From assembly GCA_041178425.1 (NCBI GenBank), contig JBEGVH010000006.1:192001-256000 (forward strand): a stretch of 64,000 bases of DNA, given 5' to 3'. The notes below the pieces were generated by a model, which had not been told where the DNA came from, did not search any database, and worked only from the letters and a program-made list of their open reading frames with translations. Positions 57,661 to 64,000 of the stretch are shown piece after piece; within the stretch, counting starts at the first letter, position 1, and each line of letters starts with the position of its first letter. Position numbers and translations under genes: made by a program. The stretch comes from Pseudomonadota bacterium. Lineage in GTDB: Bacteria > Bdellovibrionota > Bdellovibrionia > Bdellovibrionales > Bdellovibrionaceae.

Positions 57661-60402
57661 TTACTTTTTCGCTGGCTCGAAGGTTTCGAACTTTTGCAAA
57701 TCTTTTTGCGAGGGTTCGAAGTCGACTTGATTCATCCACGAATCCCAAAGGAGCGAGCGGAACTCTTTTGGATCTAAGCCAAGCTCCACGAGGTGAGCCG
57801 TGATGGCCTGAAGCCATTCATCCACATTTCCCTTCCACTGAGCAACATCGGCCATATTGTACCGTTGAACCAAGAGAATTTTTTTATCGGCATTAAGCCC
57901 TTTATCAAGAAGTGCTCGAAAGTATTTGATCTGAAGAGCTGCCGTGGCTTCATTCACTGGAGCATCAAAAAACCGAGCCTCACCGCGATCGTAAACCTTG
58001 TTGAAATTTGGAAACCAATCCTGCTTTTGATTTCTGATGTCGAGGGTTTTTTCTAAATACTTCTCTGGAACAATAGACGTCATGAGAGCCGTAAGATTCA
58101 AGGGCACATACTTAGGCTTCCTGCCAACATAGGTGTTGAAATAACGGATATCATAAAGAAGAGTGCCTAATTGCTTCCAATCGCCTTCGAATTCAAAAAG
58201 TCGGCGAGCTCCATCCTCCGAAACCCTCACTGGATAAGCCGCATGCTGGCGCTTAGGATGCTGCCACAGAAACAAAATCAATGGCTCGTTCGATTCAAAA
58301 TAGCTAATCAAGTTTATCAATCGACGAGTGCCCTCTTTGGCTGGAAAATTCTTCATGAGCGGAGTTAAATCAAAATTAACATGAGCTCCACCCGCCGAGC
58401 GCCGTGGTTCCAAACCCCGCTGCCGAGACTCTTTATAGAGCTCTCGTATGCTTCCATCGATGGACTGCGGAGAAAATTTAGGTGTCACCACTTCGATGTG
58501 ACCTCCCCAAGCGTTCGTCACATTACCATCGGCATCGTAATTACGTTGAATACCATCCCACTCAAAGCGCCAAGCTTGACCATCACGATCGATTACTTTG
58601 TACTTTACAGCGATACCATGACCGTGACCTTCAGTTTCTGTTTTCTCGATCTCACCTTGACCTTCGCGTTTTGAAAACTGTTCGGCAAAACCTCGAATAT
58701 TGAGGTCGGCTTGCTCTCGAGTTTCAGGATTCATTTCAAAGGGCATCCTGAACGAATACTCTATTCCGAGGTCGAGCTGATTGATATTTAATGGTCCCTT
58801 TGAGGCCTTAATGGCAATGCTTGGAATTTGCATGGGACGTGGACGCAAATATCGCTCAAAATCTAAATCAAGACGGGTTTTTGTGCTAAAAACATAAACG
58901 GCCATTTGAAGATTTTCAAGAGCTTCAGCTCGAAGCTCAGACACTGACTTGGTTCCAGCTGACACGGACTTTAAAAAATTATCGGCAATAGCCACCAGTT
59001 TTTTTAAATAGATGTTTTGCTCGTCCGCAAAAAGCTTTCCTTTATAACCCAAAGAAAGGCGATTTTGCCACGGCAATAGAGGACTCAAAATTCGATTTCG
59101 AAAGTGATTTTTTGCATTCGCATGGGCTGACCATTTCATGTTGGGATGAGCCGCCTCAAAACTCTCGATGAGTTTGAGTTGAGCTTCGGTGATTGAACGA
59201 CTATCTAGCCAGGGCGAGATGATTTCGCGCATCGATGCTGATGGATTAAACTCATAACTTTGATAGTCTTTTAACCCCGAATAGTCGCCCGTTTCGAGTC
59301 GTGCAATTAAAAGGTTCTCAATAAATTCTCTTTTATTGCCTTTGTTGCCACTCCGAATCTCCCAGTCAGGAACCATGCCCTCTTGTTCTGGAATCTCTGC
59401 GGCGGCAGAAAAACTGCGCGCTCCAATCATGCGGTACTTATCTTTAAATTTCTCTGGTTGGTCTTTGATCAAGGCTTTTTGAAGGCGATCGAGAGAACGT
59501 CTTGTGTAAACCCCGAGAAACGGATGCGCCAGAACACTATCAACCTCTTCGGGATTTCGGTTCATTTGACGCCAAAAAAGGTACCAAGTTGAAGAATCGA
59601 GAAGCTCGATATAGTACGGCGCGATTTCTTTTCGAAGCCCCAATTCTGAAGGCCAAGCATGAAAGAGGTGTTGGTGACCGATTTTACCCTCGAGATATTG
59701 CTCGACTTGATCGCGTAGCTCATGAAACTGCACGCGATCAACAACCCCACGAGACAACCTTACCTCATAAGAGCCAAGATCATCACCCACCGTCACGAGT
59801 GGTGGAGCCTTAGAACCGGCGGCAATATCATTGAAGTTGAGAAAATCAAACTCAAAAAGAAAACTTCGATCCTTCACAGACAGCAGCTCGAAGGGGTTTT
59901 CACGATTTAAAAGGAGGTCCATTTTTTGTTCGAGGGTGGCCGACACCCAGAATTGCTCACCCACTTTGGGTGCCTCAATTTTAAGGTTGTTCAGCCAACC
60001 ATGAAGGCGACGCTCTCCCGTTAGAGTTTTCTCTTCTTCAAAACGAGCTTTGAGCTTTTGAATTCCCGAAGGCCTTAAAATTGGAAACCATTCGGCGATT
60101 TCTTCGTAAAATAAGCCCTCTTTTTCGAAACTTCGCACAATGGGAACGGAGGTTCCAAAGGATCGGTCTCCGACTGAAGTTAAAGGACGATGAAGGTGAA
60201 CTTCTCTATTAAAAATTCCAAGACTTTCAAACTTTGAAAAGGCAGTCGAGTCTTCCAAAAACAAAGAGCGACAGCGAAGCGCGAATTCAGCATCGGCAGC
60301 CAGCCCCTTCGACCAGGAACCATTCAAAACAATAATAGCGACAAGGTAATGCCAGATCCGTCCAGTCACGTTCAGCAATCGCATTCGTTCCTCCAGAGTC
60401 AT
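57661..60402 (-). CDS. Large secreted protein with C-terminal amidoligase domain and probable second N-terminal copy
   Basis: LGIEY, EWDG, IEVVTP, GGAHVNFD, KYVPLNL and GEARFF motifs; earlier DD..SYEVR, GHQHLF, KYRMIGAR and WEIRS. Confidence 0.7.
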   Translation of the reverse strand: MTLEERMRLLNVTGRIWHYLVAIIVLNGSWSKGLAADAEFALRCRSLFLEDSTAFSKFESLGIFNREVHLHRPLTSVGDRSFGTSVPIVRSFEKEGLFYEEIAEWFPILRPSGIQKLKARFEEEKTLTGERRLHGWLNNLKIEAPKVGEQFWVSATLEQKMDLLLNRENPFELLSVKDRSFLFEFDFLNFNDIAAGSKAPPLVTVGDDLGSYEVRLSRGVVDRVQFHELRDQVEQYLEGKIGHQHLFHAWPSELGLRKEIAPYYIELLDSSTWYLFWRQMNRNPEEVDSVLAHPFLGVYTRRSLDRLQKALIKDQPEKFKDKYRMIGARSFSAAAEIPEQEGMVPDWEIRSGNKGNKREFIENLLIARLETGDYSGLKDYQSYEFNPSASMREIISPWLDSRSITEAQLKLIESFEAAHPNMKWSAHANAKNHFRNRILSPLLPWQNRLSLGYKGKLFADEQNIYLKKLVAIADNFLKSVSAGTKSVSELRAEALENLQMAVYVFSTKTRLDLDFERYLRPRPMQIPSIAIKASKGPLNINQLDLGIEYSFRMPFEMNPETREQADLNIRGFAEQFSKREGQGEIEKTETEGHGHGIAVKYKVIDRDGQAWRFEWDGIQRNYDADGNVTNAWGGHIEVVTPKFSPQSIDGSIRELYKESRQRGLEPRRSAGGAHVNFDLTPLMKNFPAKEGTRRLINLISYFESNEPLILFLWQHPKRQHAAYPVRVSEDGARRLFEFEGDWKQLGTLLYDIRYFNTYVGRKPKYVPLNLTALMTSIVPEKYLEKTLDIRNQKQDWFPNFNKVYDRGEARFFDAPVNEATAALQIKYFRALLDKGLNADKKILLVQRYNMADVAQWKGNVDEWLQAITAHLVELGLDPKEFRSLLWDSWMNQVDFEPSQKDLQKFETFEPAKK

Positions 60403-60651
60403 CGTTCTTTAAGTGCGCTCCACTCAGTGCACCGACCATGCCAACCCCCCTTTCAACTAAACCAAGTTTGTTGATCCTCTTTGCCAATTTAGGCACTATT
60501 AAGACAAAAAAAGGCGCCTCCCAAAAGGCCTGGAACCTAGACTGGGACGCCTCGGGGTTATTAAAAAGATTTTATGGGCAATTTTACTAGGTCCGTTGTC
60601 TTACTGATAAAGCTCTGCTACATCGGTGCACTCTTTATGAGGTTCTTTTCC

Positions 60652-62193
60652 ATGAAACAGGTTAAACACTTAGGCACGTTCATTTTGATGGCAACCTTGA
60701 CCTTTTCGCACCCCTCGCTTGCCGAGGAGGTCGATGATTTTACTTCACCCATCGATCAACCTTCTGACGCCGCCCCTGTTCTGGATCTCGCCACCAACGC
60801 TCTTTTAGACGATCTCATTGTTTTACTCAATAAAAGCGCCAAAGGCTGCAACGACCCTTTAAAGTATGAACTCGCCACCAAAAAGCTCGATCAGAACTTT
60901 ACGGCGATTGGCAATGGCCTGCGAGCGGGCCCCGAAATTAGAGAGCTTCTTCAAAAACTAAAACAAGATCCAACCCATAAAAATCGCTATAAAAAGCGCA
61001 TGCGCCAGGTGGAAGAGGTTTGGTTGGCGGAGTTTCCCATCGGAAAACGAGAAATTTTTTCGCAACTGTTTAGTTCTATTGATTACTTTGGCCAACGAAA
61101 AATCGAAGACAGTGTTTATCATGGAATGGATTATCCTACCTGCTGCACCTCGCGTATCAATCTCAATGGCGTATTTGTGGGCCTCGATAAGGTTGATCAT
61201 TTTTTTGGAAACGGTGGTTTACTCTTTGAACAACTCCTAAAAATCACCCCCAGCGATCTCCCTCTCGCGATCAAGCTTAAAAAAATTATGGACATCAATG
61301 TTCGCCAAGAACATTCTCTCTGGGGCCTGAAGGGTTTGAGCCCAAAATCTTACGGTGATCTGGCCTCAAACTGGCAGGGCGTAAAATTTTATCGCCGTCT
61401 CTTTGATGTTGCACCCAATTATATTCAATGTTCAGACGGGGTTTTCAAAAAGAATCCACGGACTACTTTTCATATTGCCGACTACGTCGATGAACTTTGG
61501 AATGAATCCTTCAATTGTTCTTCCTTTATCAGCGAAAATGATTATGACCGTTTCAAAAAAAATCTTTCGATGATGGGCCTTTCTTGTCCTCGTAATCAAA
61601 GAACCTGTGACCGCCTGATCAAAAGACACAAGGCAGACCCCCTCTTCATTACTCACGCCGTAAACCCGGCTTGCAGTGGCAGCGAGCCAAATTTCAAATT
61701 TGTAGAAAATCCAGAACTCATCACTTGGGAAGAAGTTGGACTTTCACTCCGGGGTTTTACTTGGCCCATCATTAAAGATCTCGCCGTGCAAAAAGGAGGC
61801 GAATTCGTTGAAAAAGTTCGTCTTCGCTATTCATCAAAACATCACAAAAAAGATCCTCAATTAAGCGATGGTCGCGAAGCCTTTGACCAATTACGCCTTT
61901 GCAACCAAACAAATGAAGCGGCCCGATTAGACTGTCTCCAGCGCTACACCGAACCTGGTTTGGCACCCGACCAGATTAACAAGTTTAGTGCCATGACCGA
62001 CCATCAGATCGACATGTCTCCTCTCGACTATTGCCCACCCGACGCTGAAAAAAGTGAAGCAGCTCTTCATCCGAAACCTATTGGTGACTTCAGTTTGTGT
62101 TTTAAGACCAACTACAAAACCTACGAATCTATCGGGCGCGTCTACTTCCGTAAAAACAACGACGGCCCTAAAATCCTCCTCATGCGCTACTAG
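60652..62193 (+). CDS. Hypothetical secreted Cys-rich protein
   Basis: Signal peptide ending SLA-E; GLDKVDHFF, SYGDLASNWQG and WNESFNC segments; function not recognised. Confidence 0.65.
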   Translation: MKQVKHLGTFILMATLTFSHPSLAEEVDDFTSPIDQPSDAAPVLDLATNALLDDLIVLLNKSAKGCNDPLKYELATKKLDQNFTAIGNGLRAGPEIRELLQKLKQDPTHKNRYKKRMRQVEEVWLAEFPIGKREIFSQLFSSIDYFGQRKIEDSVYHGMDYPTCCTSRINLNGVFVGLDKVDHFFGNGGLLFEQLLKITPSDLPLAIKLKKIMDINVRQEHSLWGLKGLSPKSYGDLASNWQGVKFYRRLFDVAPNYIQCSDGVFKKNPRTTFHIADYVDELWNESFNCSSFISENDYDRFKKNLSMMGLSCPRNQRTCDRLIKRHKADPLFITHAVNPACSGSEPNFKFVENPELITWEEVGLSLRGFTWPIIKDLAVQKGGEFVEKVRLRYSSKHHKKDPQLSDGREAFDQLRLCNQTNEAARLDCLQRYTEPGLAPDQINKFSAMTDHQIDMSPLDYCPPDAEKSEAALHPKPIGDFSLCFKTNYKTYESIGRVYFRKNNDGPKILLMRY

Positions 62194-62242
62194 GATTTCA
62201 TCCCTCCAAATAAAGTCGACCTATCCCTTTTTTACCAAGACT

Positions 62243-62404
62243 CCCTTCTCGCAAAGTCTTTTTGCCAAGATATAGAAGATCTGAGGGCTCCGGCGAACGT
62301 GATGTGATGGCCGTTCCCGCTAGGGAGCGGCCACGCCGGCGGAGGCCATGGAATGGCCGTCCCGAAGAATTCTATATCTTGGCAAAAAGACCTACCGAGA
62401 AGGG
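62243..62404. repeat. Structured palindromic element, copy B
   Basis: Core 62281-62367 enclosed by a perfect 22-bp IR (GTCTTTTTGCCAAGATATAGAA / TTCTATATCTTGGCAAAAAGAC) plus a further 9-bp IR; between convergent genes. Confidence 0.85.
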
Positions 62405-62409
62405 GGCCT

Positions 62410-63123
62410 CTACACCTTGGCACCAGTGTTCGAATCGAAGACTGCCGTGGTAGAATCCCGTTTACCGAGGAAGCCTGGTCGTTTTTCAACGATGAATTCA
62501 GCGGATTGGAGTGTTCGCTTCAGGTTGCCTGTGCAAGCATACGTGGCGAACACAGACTGGTCTTGGACCACTTGTTTAAGGAAGAGTGCGAGGAATTCGG
62601 GAGTCCAGAGCTCGGGTGTGGTTTTTCCACTAAACGCATCAAAGAGCAAAGCGTGGTAATGAGCGGATGGAAGGCTTTGATCTTCGAGGGCGCCGCGGAT
62701 CTCCCAATCCCCTCTTTTATAGGCCTGAGCAAGCGCCGACTTAATATCTATTTCAGGATAATCTTTTTGAAAGAATTCGTAGAGTTTATCATAAACGGCT
62801 TCTTGGCGTTCTCCGCTGAGCCAACCTAAAAAGGCCTCAACCAACTCAGGTTTGATTTCGTAGGAGAGGAGCTTTAACTGTTTATTGTTTTTTAGCGCCT
62901 CAGCCATAGCCAAGAGTTCAATATAGCCAAGTCCAAGCCCCACCACTAGCACCTTCCAAGGCGTGAGTGCGGGCCATTTCTGCAAACGACGAATAGCATC
63001 CCCATAGATATACTGAGTTTCTGCATAGGCTCCACCTAAATGGTGCATCGGTTCATTGTCGCCACGAAGGCTGGGGCTGCCGTCGCCTGTCCATAAGATT
63101 TCAAAAGAACAAAGTTTTTCCAA
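62410..63123 (-). CDS. Stand-alone MnmC-type (MnmD) tRNA methyltransferase domain
   Basis: TGDGSPSL...EPMHH..GAYAET.YIY, VGLGLG, FDAFS...PELWT and PGFLGKR motifs. Confidence 0.85.
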   Translation of the reverse strand: MEKLCSFEILWTGDGSPSLRGDNEPMHHLGGAYAETQYIYGDAIRRLQKWPALTPWKVLVVGLGLGYIELLAMAEALKNNKQLKLLSYEIKPELVEAFLGWLSGERQEAVYDKLYEFFQKDYPEIDIKSALAQAYKRGDWEIRGALEDQSLPSAHYHALLFDAFSGKTTPELWTPEFLALFLKQVVQDQSVFATYACTGNLKRTLQSAEFIVEKRPGFLGKRDSTTAVFDSNTGAKV

Positions 63124-63173
63124 AAAGTGCCCCTTTCGTTGACATTGACGGGTGAGTTCTCTATCACGCCCCT

Positions 63174-64000
63174 ATGGAAAAAAATTGGGCCGGCCTTCCC
63201 TACTATCCCATCAGTCAGTTTTATTCCCATCGTTTCGGGGGTAAAGTCTATAAAATTCCCGTCTCTGTGGTGGATAATTGCCCCAACCGCATGGGCCTCA
63301 AAGGCATGGAAACCTGTGTTTTTTGTGATGTTTGGGGTTCTGCAGCCAAGAGTGAATCCTTCTCAATGACTCTTGATGAACAAATCACTAAGTACCATTC
63401 AGCCATCAAAACAAAGTACAAGGCCGAACACTTCTTGGTTTACTTTCAAGCCTACACCAATACGTTCTCGAAAGTTCAAACCCTGAGGGATAATTTTGAG
63501 AAAGCCCTGAGCTATGATTTTGTCAAAGGCTTGGTTATTGGCACTAGGCCAGATTGCCTGAGTCCCGCTGTGTTTAAAATGTGGAACGATTTCAATGAGC
63601 GCGCTTTTGTTGCCGTTGAATTAGGAGTGCAGAGTTTTTTTGATGACCATCTACAGTTTTTGAAGCGCGGCCACACTCGCGCTCAAACATTAAGTGCTAT
63701 TCACAAAATTGCCGAAAACACCAAAGTGGACCTGGGAATTCATTTGATGTTTGGAAACCCTGGCGAAACCGATGAACAGATTATTGAGACCGCCGATATT
63801 ATCAATCATCTTCCCATCACGAATGTTAAACTACACAATCTTCATGTTCTTAAACACACGCCCCTCGAAGATATTTATCAACGAGGCGAGTTTGCTCCCA
63901 TTGAGCGCGAACTGTACGCCCACCGAGTTAAAGTTTTCTTAAAACATCTCTCTCCGCGCGTAGCGGTCCACCGGCTAGCCGCCCTCTCCTCTCGTTGGGA
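63174..64000 (+). CDS. TIGR01212 (YhcC/YtqA=MnmL) radical SAM protein; runs off the window end
   Basis: Not in the ORF track; hand translation MEKNWAGLPYY...CPNRMGLKGMETCVFCD, YFQAYTNT, IGTRPDCL, ELGVQS, RGH, VKLHNLHVLK. Confidence 0.9.
   Translation, partial: MEKNWAGLPYYPISQFYSHRFGGKVYKIPVSVVDNCPNRMGLKGMETCVFCDVWGSAAKSESFSMTLDEQITKYHSAIKTKYKAEHFLVYFQAYTNTFSKVQTLRDNFEKALSYDFVKGLVIGTRPDCLSPAVFKMWNDFNERAFVAVELGVQSFFDDHLQFLKRGHTRAQTLSAIHKIAENTKVDLGIHLMFGNPGETDEQIIETADIINHLPITNVKLHNLHVLKHTPLEDIYQRGEFAPIERELYAHRVKVFLKHLSPRVAVHRLAALSSRW

Noticed and set aside
1..64000. tRNA, rRNA, transposase or prophage genes
   Set aside because: None recognised by eye in the intergenic regions or the ORF set.

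Overview
A 64-kb chromosomal window from a bacterium that looks like a Bdellovibrionota member. This is inferred from three L,D-transpeptidases, many secreted orphan proteins, sigma-54 promoters and the gene style; no rRNA or tRNA marker is present. Housekeeping genes include rnhA, an MscS channel, purT, clpS-clpA-htpX, a Lol-like ABC system, and an MnmD-like methyltransferase beside a TIGR01212 radical SAM gene. Four things stand out. (1) A tryptophan-catabolic region (35.9-47.4 kb) has kynA and kynB but no kynU, kmo, nbaC or nbaD. It instead carries a luciferase-like monooxygenase, a re-tooled asparaginase-II-family hydrolase and a 2-aminophenol 1,6-dioxygenase, suggesting a kynureninase-independent route from kynurenine to 2-aminophenol plus aspartate; kynB is translationally coupled to the formate-using purT. 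(2) An unannotated TisB/IstR-like type I toxin-antitoxin locus, plus a decayed second copy, lies inside an AT-rich island bracketed by 146-bp direct repeats that abut truncated genes. (3) Two copies of a ~160-nt structured non-coding element share an 87-nt core with covarying stems. (4) A FimB-like recombinase sits next to a candidate invertible promoter segment, and two amidoligase-fold proteins look secreted. All assignments come from reading motifs by eye; no database searches were run.
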